DNA of 48,605 bases. Origin: Steroidobacteraceae bacterium. GTDB taxonomy: Bacteria > Pseudomonadota > Gammaproteobacteria > Steroidobacterales > Steroidobacteraceae. Position numbers and translations under genes: made by a program. Positions 1-9,285 of the stretch are shown piece by piece. Numbering within the stretch: position 1 is the first letter of the stretch; every line of letters begins with the position of its first letter. The notes under the pieces were generated by a model that searched no databases, was not told where the DNA came from, and was given only the letters and a program-made list of their open reading frames with translations. The stretch lies in assembly GCA_036394715.1 (NCBI GenBank), contig DASWEO010000143.1:1-48605 (forward strand), given 5' to 3'.

Positions 1-1
1 C

Positions 2-220
2 TCAAGCGTACTCGTCGATCAGAGACTTGGGAGGACGCGGGGTTGCGGGATCGGCGCTGTTTCCCGCCTGCGGCGCGGGCTTGTCGGGCGGTTGCTTGTC
101 GCCGCGCGGCGGACCCCCTGAACCGTCCCGGGAGGGTCGCCTGTCGGCGATGGGGAGCGCCGGGTAAAGGCCGGAGTTGCTCAAGCGGTCAACGTCGCTC
201 ATTGCTGAACCCTCCCTCAC
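2..220 (-). CDS. hypothetical small Pro/Gly-rich protein (66-72 aa), coupled to motD
   Basis: Complete ORF. GTG at 220 overlaps the motD stop (GTGA); alternative ATG at 202 (MSDVDRL); TGA at 2-4. Mostly G/C-ending codons like its neighbours. Low-complexity sequence with no recognisable motif. Confidence 0.25.
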   Translation of the reverse strand: MREGSAMSDVDRLSNSGLYPALPIADRRPSRDGSGGPPRGDKQPPDKPAPQAGNSADPATPRPPKSLIDEYA

Positions 221-1218
221 TCTGTCTTGGGTTGCTCGTCAGGCGCCGGCTTCACCGGCTCTTTGACCAACACGGTTGCTTCCAGCGCCGCGGGCGGCAC
301 GCGGTACAGCAGGCGATTCTCGGCGCTGCTGCCATCGGCTATCTGGACTCCGGGCGTGGCGGTCCCCGGCGTTTGATCGGTGGCTCGCGCGGTCAGCGGC
401 GCGCCGGGAGCCACCTCCTCCAGCACCAAGACGACGACGCGCCGATTGGCGTTGCGGCCTTCGCTCGTGTCGTTCGGCTGACGCGGATGAAATTCTCCGA
501 AGCCGACGATTTCGAGCCGCAGCGGGTCGATGCCCTGTCTCGTGAATTGATGCACCACACTGGCGGCCCGCGCCGCCGAGAGCTCCCAATTGGACGGGAA
601 CGAGGCCGTGCGGATCGGTCTATTGTCGGTATGTCCTTCGACGCGGATTGGATTGGGAAAAGGCTTCAAGACCTCCGCCAGCTTGTCCAGCACGGGTTCG
701 GCGGTCGGCGCGAACTCGCCGGCGCCGCTCGGAAATAGAATGTCGGTGTTGATCTCGATTTCCAGCCACATGTTCTCGCGGCGCACCGTCACCAGCTTGG
801 CATCGATCAGTGCCTGCATGGCGTCTTGAACCTGGCGCTGCATGCGAATCAAGGCACCGGGGAGATCGGCGGATCGCATGCCCTCGGACTTGGTCGGATC
901 CCTCGGCTGGAGATTGCCGTCCCGCGTGGATTTGTCGTCCTTGAGTTTGATGAACACCGTGGGCGTGATGCCCGTCAGCGGTTTGTCGCCGCCCTTGCCT
1001 GGCTCCTTTTCGCCAAGGTTGACCGGCCGAATGCTCTTCGGCGCGCCGTGGAAGGCCGCGATCATCGAATCGGACAGAACGCGAAATTTCCCCTCGTTCA
1101 CCGACGATATGGCGTACATCACCGTGAACAAGGCGAACAGCAGCGTCACGAGGTCGCCGTAGGGAATAGCCCAGGCTTCCGCGTTCACATGCTCTTCGTG
1201 CTTCTTCTTGCGGGCCAT
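217..1218 (-). CDS. motD: flagellar stator protein MotD (MotB family, OmpA-like peptidoglycan-binding C-domain)
   Basis: N-terminal single TM WAIPYGDLVTLLFALFTVMYAI. C-terminal OmpA-like motifs GHTDNRPI, NWELSAARA, NRRVVV. Lies directly after motC. Confidence 0.9.
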   Translation of the reverse strand: MARKKKHEEHVNAEAWAIPYGDLVTLLFALFTVMYAISSVNEGKFRVLSDSMIAAFHGAPKSIRPVNLGEKEPGKGGDKPLTGITPTVFIKLKDDKSTRDGNLQPRDPTKSEGMRSADLPGALIRMQRQVQDAMQALIDAKLVTVRRENMWLEIEINTDILFPSGAGEFAPTAEPVLDKLAEVLKPFPNPIRVEGHTDNRPIRTASFPSNWELSAARAASVVHQFTRQGIDPLRLEIVGFGEFHPRQPNDTSEGRNANRRVVVLVLEEVAPGAPLTARATDQTPGTATPGVQIADGSSAENRLLYRVPPAALEATVLVKEPVKPAPDEQPKTE

Positions 1219-1227
1219 GACGTCCTA

Positions 1228-1971
1228 TCAGTGGTGGAAGTACCCTTGCAGCTTCGATTCGATATTGCGCGGATTCTCGCCCTGAGCGATGGCGATGATG
1301 CCCTCGATCACCATGGTCCGAACCTGCGATTGGCCGTGAATCACGGCCTTCAATTTGTTGCCCATGGGCAGGAACAACAGATTGGCGAACGAGATTCCGT
1401 AGATGGTTGCAATGAAGGCTGCGGCGATGCCGTGGCCGAGCTTCGACGGGTCATTGAGGTTCTGCATGACCGCCATCAAGCCCATGACCGCGCCGATGAT
1501 GCCGAGCGTCGGCGAGTAGACGCCCATGGCTTCGAAGACTTTGGCGGCTTGGGTGTCGAAATGCTCCATGGCATCCAGTTCGATTTCCATGCTGGAGCGG
1601 ATGGCATCCGGCTCGCCGCCGTCGACCAGGGATTGCAGGCCCTTTTTCAAGAACCCGTCCTTTTCGGCTTCCACCGCGGACTCGAGGCCCAGCAGCCCTT
1701 GCTTGCGCGCAATATTGCTCCACTCGACTATCTTTTCGATCATCGCAGCCGGGTTGTTGACGGGCGGTTTGAATACCCAGGAGACGATCTTCCAGGCACG
1801 TATGAAAGTCGCCAGCGGCGTCTGCACCAGGGCGGCGGCGAATGTTCCCACCACCACGATGACGAACGCCGCGCTCCCGACCAGGGCGCCCGCGCTGCTG
1901 CCTTTCAAGATCGCTCCACCGATGATGGCGATCAAGCCCAGCACGACACCGATGATGCTCAGGATATCCAT
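1228..1971 (-). CDS. motC: flagellar stator protein MotC (MotA/PomA family proton channel)
   Basis: 247 aa with 4 TM segments. N-terminus MDILSIIGVVLGLIAIIGG; C-terminal AAFIATIYGISFANLLFLPMGNKL typical of MotA/PomA. Size matches the Pseudomonas MotC type. Confidence 0.9.
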   Translation of the reverse strand: MDILSIIGVVLGLIAIIGGAILKGSSAGALVGSAAFVIVVVGTFAAALVQTPLATFIRAWKIVSWVFKPPVNNPAAMIEKIVEWSNIARKQGLLGLESAVEAEKDGFLKKGLQSLVDGGEPDAIRSSMEIELDAMEHFDTQAAKVFEAMGVYSPTLGIIGAVMGLMAVMQNLNDPSKLGHGIAAAFIATIYGISFANLLFLPMGNKLKAVIHGQSQVRTMVIEGIIAIAQGENPRNIESKLQGYFHH

Positions 1972-1974
1972 GGA

Positions 1975-2757
1975 CTAGTTCGGCTGCAGCCACTCCGCGA
2001 GGCGTGCGCGCAAACGCACCAGTGCCTGCCCGTGAATCTGGCAGACGCGCGATTCGGATACTTCGAGCACCTCGCCGATCTCGCGCAAATTCATGTCCTC
2101 GTCGTAGTACAAGGAGAGCACCAGCTTTTCACGCTCGGGCAACACATCGATCGCCGAGGCAAGCGCTCCGCGAAATCCGGCGTCTTCGATGTGATCGAAT
2201 GGGCCCGGCCGCTCGTCGCGGGCGTGATCCGCCGGACTCGATTCATCCTCGCTCGACCCCATTTGATCGAAACTGAACAGCCGGCAGCTGGCCGCGTCCT
2301 GCACCAGCTTGTGATATTCCTCGATGGACACCCCGAGGCCCTGGGCAATGTCGGTGGGGCTCGCATCCTGTCCTTTGGCGTTTTCGATCTTGCGCACCAC
2401 GTCGGCCATTTCGCGCATGTTTCGATGCACCGAGCGGGGAGTCCAGTCGGATTTGCGCACTTCGTCGAGCATGGCGCCGCGGATCCGAATGCCCGCATAG
2501 GTCTCGAAATTGGCGCCCTTGGAGGCGGAATAGTGCTTCGCCGCGTCGAGCAAACCGATCATTCCGGACTGAATGAGGTCGTCGACTTCCACGTTCGGCG
2601 GCATCCGGCTGACCAAATGGTAGGCAATACGTTTGACCAAATCGGCATGTTTCAACACCAATTCTTGTTGCGGCACCTGATCGACGGGAACGTGATCGTC
2701 CGTCATCGGCTTCGGGCCGCGCTTCTGTGTATTCGAGTACTGTGTGCTTGCTCTCAT
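1975..2757 (-). CDS. fliA: flagellar sigma factor sigma-28 FliA
   Basis: Sigma-70 family regions 2-4: VEVDDLIQSGMIGLLDA and the region 4 HTH LREIGEVLEVSESRVCQIHGQAL. ATGA overlap with the fleN stop. Confidence 0.93.
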   Translation of the reverse strand: MRASTQYSNTQKRGPKPMTDDHVPVDQVPQQELVLKHADLVKRIAYHLVSRMPPNVEVDDLIQSGMIGLLDAAKHYSASKGANFETYAGIRIRGAMLDEVRKSDWTPRSVHRNMREMADVVRKIENAKGQDASPTDIAQGLGVSIEEYHKLVQDAASCRLFSFDQMGSSEDESSPADHARDERPGPFDHIEDAGFRGALASAIDVLPEREKLVLSLYYDEDMNLREIGEVLEVSESRVCQIHGQALVRLRARLAEWLQPN

Positions 2758-3671
2758 TGCAATACCGTCGAGGGACCGATCCGAGTCCCTACCATGCGTT
2801 CGACAAAGAACTCAAGGTGACCTCGTGCCCCTTCGGGCACAGACCACTTATCGGCCTTCGAGGCCAGATTCTTGAGGGCAATGGAGGAAATAGACGCCGG
2901 GTAGGCATCGACCACGGCGGTTTGGCGTTGCACCGCACGCCTGAGATAGTCGTCAAACGGTACGGAACCCGCGAACTCCAGCGTCACATTGAGAAATCGA
3001 TCACAGACTCGCTCAATTTTCTGGAAGAGACCGGGTCCCTCGCCCGATCGACGCGTCTGATTCGCCAGGATCTGGAAGCGCTGCACGCCATGCTCGCGGC
3101 TCAGCACCTTGATCAACGCATAGGCATCGGTGATGGAGGCGGGCTCGTCGCAGACTACCACGACGACATGATGGGCCGCCTGCGTGAACGTCGTGACGCT
3201 GTCGCTCAATCCCGCCGCGGTATCCACCACCAGGACTTCGACCCGGTGATAGAGATCGCTGAACGCGCGGATGATTCCCGCGTGCTCCGCCTCCGACAGA
3301 TTCGCCATCCGCTTCATGCCGGACGCGGCCGGCACGATTTGCAGGCCGTGCGGTCCGGTGACGATGGCGTCCTCCAGAGAACATTCGCCCTTGATCACGT
3401 GGCCCATGTGGAACCTCGTATGAAGTCCTAGAATCACGTCGACGTTGGCCAGCCCCAAGTCGGCATCGAGCAACATGACCTCTCGGCCTTGCGCGGCGAT
3501 CGATACCGCGAGGTTGGCGGACACCGTGGTCTTGCCGACCCCTCCCTTGCCGCCGGTGACGGCAATCACCTTGACCGGCCGCGTGGAGTTGAGCTCGGCC
3601 AGTGCTTCGGCGTGTTCAGGGGATAGTCGATGATCACGCATGGGCGCTTGCTCGGCCGAAGTTGCGGACAA
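2754..3671 (-). CDS. fleN: flagellar number regulator FleN/FlhG (MinD/ParA ATPase)
   Basis: Deviant Walker A VIAVTGGKGGVGKTT and LLDADLGLANVDV. Sits between flhF and fliA. Start uncertain: ATG 3671, or ATG 3641 (MRDHRL). Confidence 0.9.
   Translation of the reverse strand: MSATSAEQAPMRDHRLSPEHAEALAELNSTRPVKVIAVTGGKGGVGKTTVSANLAVSIAAQGREVMLLDADLGLANVDVILGLHTRFHMGHVIKGECSLEDAIVTGPHGLQIVPAASGMKRMANLSEAEHAGIIRAFSDLYHRVEVLVVDTAAGLSDSVTTFTQAAHHVVVVVCDEPASITDAYALIKVLSREHGVQRFQILANQTRRSGEGPGLFQKIERVCDRFLNVTLEFAGSVPFDDYLRRAVQRQTAVVDAYPASISSIALKNLASKADKWSVPEGARGHLEFFVERMVGTRIGPSTVLQ
2848..2875 (-). promoter_or_regulatory. candidate sigma-28 (FliA) promoter upstream of fliA, inside the fleN 3' end
   Basis: Minus strand reads TCAAGAAT-N12-GCCGATAA. 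The consensus is TAAAGTTT-N11-GCCGATAA, so the -10 is perfect and the spacer is 1 nt long. Lies about 90 nt upstream of the fliA ATG. Confidence 0.4.
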
Positions 3672-4971
3672 AATAGGCCTCGTCGCGCGGCGGCGCGTCG
3701 GCTTTCAATTTCAGGGCGGTGCGCACCAGCCAGACTCGCTTCTGATGGGCGGCGTGCAGGTCTTCCGGCACCCGCTGCCCGTCGCATACGTAGGCGATCT
3801 TCAGCTTGTGACGCAGCGTCGTTGAAATCACCGCGCCCAAGCTCGCCGCCTCGTCCACCTTGGTAATGACGCAGGCCTCGGGAGCGGCCCGCGCGAACGC
3901 CTGCACGATCTCGTCGAGCGCATGGCCTTCTCCCTGCGCGGGGAGCGCCAACAATACTCGTGCGCGGGCCGCACCCAGTTGCAGCGCCGCGAGCTGCTCG
4001 GTGAGCCGAACGTCCCGCGGACCCATGCCGGCGGTGTCGATCAGAATCAGCTTCTTCGATTTGAGCCGTTCGAGCAGCCGGGCCAATTCCATGCCGCTGT
4101 TCGCGGAGTGAATCGGCGCGCCGAGCACCCGCGCGTAGGTCGTCAGCTGATCACGGGCGCCGATTCGATAGCCGTCGGTGCTGACCAACGCCAAATCCCC
4201 GCTCCCGTGCTGCATGCACCAGCGCGCGGCAAGCTTGGCAATGGTCGTGGTCTTGCCGGCGCCCGTCGGACCGACCACCGCCATGATCCCGCCGCTGACA
4301 CCGCCGCCGACATCGTTGACCACGGGCAGGTGCTTGACGAGCAGCGCCAGCGGAATGAGCGATTGATCGTCCAAACTACTGCGCTGCGGAGTGTGAGCCG
4401 CCAGCGCCATGGCCACATCGGGTGCAATATCCATGGCCGTCAGCTCTTCGAGGACTCGTGCTTTCAGGGGTTCGCGCATGCGCTTGTCGTTCCACGTCAT
4501 GCCGGCGAGCCCGGTCTCGAGCATCTGACGCAGATCTTGTAGTTCGCGCTGCATGGCACCTAGGCCCGGATTGGGTCGAGGCGGCTGGGGCGCTGCAAAT
4601 AGTTCGGGCGCTATGGCCGGCAATGACGACAACGTCAGCTTTCGAAATGACGCGGGAATCAGTTTCGGTGATGGTTTCGGCACGGGCGGCCGCGCAGCAC
4701 CTGCCGGCGCCGGCGTCGGCGCCCGTGATGGAGCAGCGATGAGTTCCGGAGATGCAGAGGGCGCCGGTGCTGACGCCTCTGGGCTCGCCGCCAGGGTACG
4801 CTGCCGATTCGCCTCGACGAACAAGGCCTCGTCATAGTCCACGGCGGCAATGACCTCGATGCCGTCCGCGCCGCGTCGGCTGGAGAGAATGACGGCATCC
4901 GGTCCCTGCTCGGCGCGCACCAGCGCCAAAGCTGCTCGCATGCTCGCCGCCGAGTAACGTTTTATCTTCAT
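3634..4971 (-). CDS. flhF: flagellar biosynthesis SRP-type GTPase FlhF
   Basis: N-terminus MKIKRYSAASMRAAL. G-motifs GPTGAGKTTT, DTAGM, TKVDE. GGAGG Shine-Dalgarno 5 nt upstream of ATG 4971, preferred over the ORF-track start at 4983. Confidence 0.92.
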   Translation of the reverse strand: MKIKRYSAASMRAALALVRAEQGPDAVILSSRRGADGIEVIAAVDYDEALFVEANRQRTLAASPEASAPAPSASPELIAAPSRAPTPAPAGAARPPVPKPSPKLIPASFRKLTLSSLPAIAPELFAAPQPPRPNPGLGAMQRELQDLRQMLETGLAGMTWNDKRMREPLKARVLEELTAMDIAPDVAMALAAHTPQRSSLDDQSLIPLALLVKHLPVVNDVGGGVSGGIMAVVGPTGAGKTTTIAKLAARWCMQHGSGDLALVSTDGYRIGARDQLTTYARVLGAPIHSANSGMELARLLERLKSKKLILIDTAGMGPRDVRLTEQLAALQLGAARARVLLALPAQGEGHALDEIVQAFARAAPEACVITKVDEAASLGAVISTTLRHKLKIAYVCDGQRVPEDLHAAHQKRVWLVRTALKLKADAPPRDEAYFVRNFGRASAHA

Positions 4972-4996
4972 GTCAACCTCCACGAATCAAACAATA

Positions 4997-7078
4997 TCAA
5001 CGTCCAACCGCAGCAATCACTCGGATGCGGCGGTTTTCCGGTATCTCGTTGTAGGCCAGCACCGCAAGCGACGGAGTCGAGTGGCGCATCAACTTCGCGA
5101 TCCACGGCCTGATTTTCGGTGCAACCAGCAGTACCGCGGGTTCGCCCGCCGCTTCTTGGCGGCGCGTGCTGTCGGCAAGCGCTGTCTGAACTCTGTCGGC
5201 AAGTCCGGGTTCGAACCCGGGCGATCCGTCGCCGCCGCCGGCCATCGAGTCCTGAAGCACTTGCTCGAGCGCCGGATCCAGGGTGATGACCGGCAACTCC
5301 TGGCGCAGCCCGCCGATGTTCTGCACGATGCTGCGGCCGAGAGCAATGCGCACGGCGGCGACCAGCGCCAGCGGATCCTGGGTTCTCGGGGCGAGCTCCG
5401 CCAGCGTCTCGCAGATGGTGCGCAGATTGCGGATCGGTACCCGCTCCAGCAGCAGGTACTGCAGCACCTTGACGACGACGCTCATCGGCAGCAGCTTCGG
5501 CACCAAATCCTCGATCAATTTCGGCGCGCTCTTCCCCAAGCGGTTCAGCAATTGCTGTGCTTCCTCGTGGCCGAGGAGTTCGTGAGCATGGGACTGCAAC
5601 AGGTGGCTCAAGTGAGTCGCGATGACGCTGCTGGCGTCCACCACGGTGTAGCCCTGGGCTTGCGCCTGCTCGCGCCGTGATTTCTCGATCCAGATCGCCT
5701 CCAACCCGAAGGCGGGATCCTTGGTCGGGGAGCCCGGCAGGGTTCCCGAAACCTGTCCCGGATTGATGGCAAGTTCGCGGTCGGGGAATACCTCGGACTC
5801 GCCCACCGGCGCGCCGAGGATGGTGATGCGGTAGGAGCTGGGTCCGAGTTCCAGATTGTCGCGAATGTGCACGGGTTGCACCAGGAAGCCGAGTTCCTCG
5901 GACAGCTTCTTGCGCACGCCCTTGATGCGTCCCATCAATTCGCCGCCCTGATTGCGATCAACGAGCGGGATCAGGCGATAGCCCACCTCGAGGCCGATCA
6001 GATCGACGGGCTCGACATCGTCCCAGGACAATTCGCGCTGTTCCGAGGGGACCGCCGCCGCAGCGGCAGGGGCCGCCGCGGCCACCGCATCGGACGCCTT
6101 GCGCTTGCCGAGGAGATAAGCACCGACCGCGCAGGCCGCCGCCATCCCCAGGAACACGAGATTGGGCATGCCCGGAATGATGCCGAGCAGGGTGAGTATG
6201 CCGCTGGTGACCCCCAGCGCCTTGGGCTGCCCCAGCACCTGGGTCATGATCTGCTGGCTCATGTCATGCGGCCGCGAGACGCGCGTGACCAGGATGGCGA
6301 CCGCCACGGACAGCAGCAGCGCCGGAATCTGCGCCACCAGTCCGTCGCCGATCGTGAGCAGCGCGTAGGTGCGGCCTGCATCGGCCAGCGACATGCCGTG
6401 CTGGGCAGCGCCGATGATGGTGCCGCCGAACAAGTTGATGAACACGATGAGGATGCCGGCGATGGCATCGCCGCGGACGAACTTACTGGCACCGTCCATG
6501 GCTCCGTAGAAGTCGGCTTCCTCGCGAACTTCCTGCCGCCGGACGATGGCCTCGGCCTGGGTGATGATGCCGGCGTTCAGATCGGCGTCGATCGCCATCT
6601 GCCGGCCGGGCATGGCGTCCAGGGTGAAGCGCGCGCTGACTTCGGAGATGCGGCCCGCGCCCTTGGTGATCACCACGAAGTTGATGATCACGAGCACCGT
6701 GAACACGACCATGCCCACGGCGTAATTGCCGCCGACCACGAATTGGCCGAACGCGGCAATGACGCGCCCCGCGGCATGCGACCCGGTATGGCCGTTGATC
6801 AGCACGATGCGCGTCGAGGCGACGTTGAGGCCGAGGCGGAGCAACGTGGCGCCGAGCAGCACCGTCGGAAAGGTGGCGAACTCGAGCGCCCGCCGCACGT
6901 AGATCACGGCCAGCAAGATCATGATCGACAGCGTGATGTTGAACGTGAAGAAGATATCCAACAGGAACGCCGGCAGCGGCAGCACCATCATGGCAAGGAC
7001 TACCATGACCAGCAGCGGCACTCCCAAGCCGTTGCGGGCGAATTCGCCGAAGGTCGCTGCAGCGGCGCGCGCGTTCAT
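4997..7078 (-). CDS. flhA: flagellar export apparatus protein FlhA
   Basis: 693 aa. Multi-TM N-domain with GAGRISEVSARFTLDAMPGRQMAIDADL; cytoplasmic domain with VHIRDNLEL. ATGA overlap with the flhB stop. Confidence 0.95.
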   Translation of the reverse strand: MNARAAAATFGEFARNGLGVPLLVMVVLAMMVLPLPAFLLDIFFTFNITLSIMILLAVIYVRRALEFATFPTVLLGATLLRLGLNVASTRIVLINGHTGSHAAGRVIAAFGQFVVGGNYAVGMVVFTVLVIINFVVITKGAGRISEVSARFTLDAMPGRQMAIDADLNAGIITQAEAIVRRQEVREEADFYGAMDGASKFVRGDAIAGILIVFINLFGGTIIGAAQHGMSLADAGRTYALLTIGDGLVAQIPALLLSVAVAILVTRVSRPHDMSQQIMTQVLGQPKALGVTSGILTLLGIIPGMPNLVFLGMAAACAVGAYLLGKRKASDAVAAAAPAAAAAVPSEQRELSWDDVEPVDLIGLEVGYRLIPLVDRNQGGELMGRIKGVRKKLSEELGFLVQPVHIRDNLELGPSSYRITILGAPVGESEVFPDRELAINPGQVSGTLPGSPTKDPAFGLEAIWIEKSRREQAQAQGYTVVDASSVIATHLSHLLQSHAHELLGHEEAQQLLNRLGKSAPKLIEDLVPKLLPMSVVVKVLQYLLLERVPIRNLRTICETLAELAPRTQDPLALVAAVRIALGRSIVQNIGGLRQELPVITLDPALEQVLQDSMAGGGDGSPGFEPGLADRVQTALADSTRRQEAAGEPAVLLVAPKIRPWIAKLMRHSTPSLAVLAYNEIPENRRIRVIAAVGR

Positions 7079-8208
7079 GCGTCGTCGAACTCGCTGCTAA
7101 CCTGCGGGTTCGGGCGCGCCACCCGGGCGGCAATGGTCGGGTTCAACGTGCGCACCCTGAAGATATAGGAAAGAACCTGGGCCACCGCCGCGTACAGGCC
7201 GGCGGGGATTTCCTTGTTCAAATCGGTCGACCGGTACAACGCGCGCGCCAATTTCGGCGACTCGAACACCGGCACGCGATGTTCCTCGGCAATCCGGCGG
7301 ATATTCTGCGCGACGAGATCGACGCCCTTGGCCAGCACGCGCGGAGCGCGCATTTGCTTCGGGTCGTACTTGAGCGCCACCGCAAAGTGAGTGGGATTGA
7401 CGATCACCACGTCGGCGGTCGGCACCTTGTGCATCATGCGGCGGCGCGCCAGCGTTTGCTGCATTTGCCGGATGCGCTGCTTCGTTTCCGGGCGGCCGTC
7501 CGATTCCTTGGCTTCGTCGCGTACTTCCTGGCGCGTCATGCGGAGCGACTGCTTGAACTGAAACAGCTGCAGCGGAACATCCACGATCGCCACCAGCGCA
7601 AGCGACGCGCACAGCCAGACGAACGACCAGCTCAGGAGCCCGGCGCCGCGGCCGATCGCCGCGCGAGGTTCCATGTGCGCGAGCGCCAGTACGTCGCGGA
7701 AAGTCCACGACACGATGGCCGCGCAAACGCCCCCGACCACAGCGCATTTCATCAGCGCCTTGCCGAGTTCGGAGGCCCCGCGCAGGCCGAATAGCCGCTT
7801 GATTCCGGCGAGCGGGCTCAGGCGCGTAAAATCCGGCGCCATGGCCTGCGGGCTGAAATTCCAGCCGCCCAACAATACCGAGGCCAGCAACACCAGGCCG
7901 ATCAAGGCGCCGAACACCGGCAGCAGCACGGTGAGCGCGCCAATGCTTGCCTCGCCCAAGGCGCGCATCATGCCGTCGGTGTCGCGCAGATTCTGCGGAT
8001 CGATGACGAGCGCGTGGCGCACCATCTGCGACAGATGGGTGGCCAGCGAGCCGCCGACCGCCACCAGCATCGCGCTGCCGCCGATCATGGTGGCGAAATT
8101 GGTGAGTTCGCGCGAGCGCGGCACTTGACCGCGCTCGCGCGCATCCTGCAGCCGCTTTTGTGAAGGCTCTTCGGTGCGTTCACCGCCCTGCTCGGCTTCG
8201 GCGGCCAT
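7075..8208 (-). CDS. flhB: flagellar export apparatus switch protein FlhB
   Basis: True start is MAAEAEQGGERTEEPSQKRLQDARERGQVPRSRE, the ATG at 8208, which overlaps the fliR stop (TGATG). NPTH autocleavage site VNPTHFAVALKY. The 631-aa ORF-track entry is an artefactual 5' extension through fliR. Confidence 0.93.
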   Translation of the reverse strand: MAAEAEQGGERTEEPSQKRLQDARERGQVPRSRELTNFATMIGGSAMLVAVGGSLATHLSQMVRHALVIDPQNLRDTDGMMRALGEASIGALTVLLPVFGALIGLVLLASVLLGGWNFSPQAMAPDFTRLSPLAGIKRLFGLRGASELGKALMKCAVVGGVCAAIVSWTFRDVLALAHMEPRAAIGRGAGLLSWSFVWLCASLALVAIVDVPLQLFQFKQSLRMTRQEVRDEAKESDGRPETKQRIRQMQQTLARRRMMHKVPTADVVIVNPTHFAVALKYDPKQMRAPRVLAKGVDLVAQNIRRIAEEHRVPVFESPKLARALYRSTDLNKEIPAGLYAAVAQVLSYIFRVRTLNPTIAARVARPNPQVSSEFDDA

Positions 8209-9008
8209 CAACGAACTCCCGCGGCGGGGGCGCCGACGAGTTCGCCGACCGCCGTCAGAGCGCTGTTGATGAGGCTGGAGACGCCCGCCATGATGCCGTC
8301 GAGGCCGACGATGAGGACGAAGAATCCGCAGAGCAGGGTGATGGTGAATCCGATGCCGAACAGATTGAGCTGCGGCGCCGCGCGGGTGACCACGCCGAGC
8401 GCGAGGTTGACGATCACCAGGGCGATCACGGCCGGCAGCGCGATCAGGAGTCCGGACTCGAAAACCCGGGCCCCCCACAAGGCGATCGACACCAGGAAAT
8501 TCTTGTCGATGTGCGCGCCGCCGATCGGCAGCGTCTGGAAACTCTGGGCCAGGGTGCCGAGCAGCACCAGATGCCCGTTGATCGCGAGGTAGGTGAGAAT
8601 GCCGGCGATCATGAACAGCTGACCGAGAACGGTGGTGTTCGCGCCGCGCTGCGGATCGACCAAGGTCGCAAAGCCCAAGCCCATGGTGAGGGAGATGGTC
8701 TGGCCGGCGAATATCAGCGCTTCGAAGGTCAGCTGCACCACCATGCCGATGGCGACGCCGATCAGTACTTCCTGCGCGGCCGCGAGCAGACCGGCGCCGG
8801 AGAAGATCGACAGAGCGGCCGGAATCTGCACCAGGGGCGCCATCAAGAACCCGAGCGCCAGCGACATGACGATCTTGACCCTGCCCGGTATGACGGTTTC
8901 GCTGGCAATCGGAGCGGCCAGGACGAATCCGCCGACCCGCAGCATGGGCCACCACATCCTTCCTACCCACTGGGACACGTCGGCGGCATTGAGAGTCAGG
9001 GGTTGCAC
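8208..9008 (-). CDS. fliR: flagellar export apparatus protein FliR
   Basis: 266 aa polytopic membrane protein sitting between fliQ and flhB in conserved order. Confidence 0.88.
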   Translation of the reverse strand: MQPLTLNAADVSQWVGRMWWPMLRVGGFVLAAPIASETVIPGRVKIVMSLALGFLMAPLVQIPAALSIFSGAGLLAAAQEVLIGVAIGMVVQLTFEALIFAGQTISLTMGLGFATLVDPQRGANTTVLGQLFMIAGILTYLAINGHLVLLGTLAQSFQTLPIGGAHIDKNFLVSIALWGARVFESGLLIALPAVIALVIVNLALGVVTRAAPQLNLFGIGFTITLLCGFFVLIVGLDGIMAGVSSLINSALTAVGELVGAPAAGVR

Positions 9009-9015
9009 GGGCGTT

Positions 9016-9285
9016 CTAGCCGATCACGGTCGGAATGCTGGTGTAAAGATCATGCGTGAAATCGGTGAGCACACGCAGGATCCAAGGGCCGGCCACGAAC
9101 AAGGTGAGTACCAGCAGCAACAGTTTCGGAATGAAGCTCAACGTGGACTCGTTGATTTGGGTCGCCGCCTGCAGCATGCCGATGACCAAGCCCGCGATGA
9201 GGGCAATCAGCAGCAGCGGCGCCGCGATCATCGTGGTCACCACCAGCATGCGGTGCGCCAGATCCATGACGGTCTCGGGCGTCAC
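9016..9285 (-). CDS. fliQ: flagellar export apparatus protein FliQ
   Basis: 89 aa with 2 TM. (V/M)TPETVMDLAHRML...ATQINESTLSFIPKLL is typical of FliQ. GTG start overlaps the fliP stop (GTGA). The 354-aa track ORF is a 5' extension artefact. Confidence 0.88.
   Translation of the reverse strand: MTPETVMDLAHRMLVVTTMIAAPLLLIALIAGLVIGMLQAATQINESTLSFIPKLLLLVLTLFVAGPWILRVLTDFTHDLYTSIPTVIG

Noticed and set aside
826-2820. 664-aa plus-strand ORF spanning motD, motC and fliA
   Set aside because: It is antisense to three genes with clear family motifs. Its translation is Arg/His/Gly/Asp-rich low complexity with no recognisable domain, a typical high-GC shadow ORF.
5867-7168. 433-aa plus-strand ORF
   Set aside because: It is antisense to flhA. 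Composition is heavily biased (D/R/H/G/Q) with no motifs. The same reasoning applies to 8160-9059, 9288-10166, 9934-10800 and 10752-11645.
7075-8970. 631-aa minus-strand ORF offered as one protein
   Set aside because: Only the C-terminal 377 aa is FlhB. The upstream 254 codons are an alternative frame running through fliR. Similar 5' over-extensions were trimmed for 9016-10080 (fliQ), 10449-11030 (fliN), 10793-12331 (fliM), 15046-15951 (RR), 19287-20918 (mipA), 25102-26190, 29043-29837, 29783-30694, 30742-32691, 32526-33167, 38700-40496, 40400-41452, 41250-42428 and 42278-44485.
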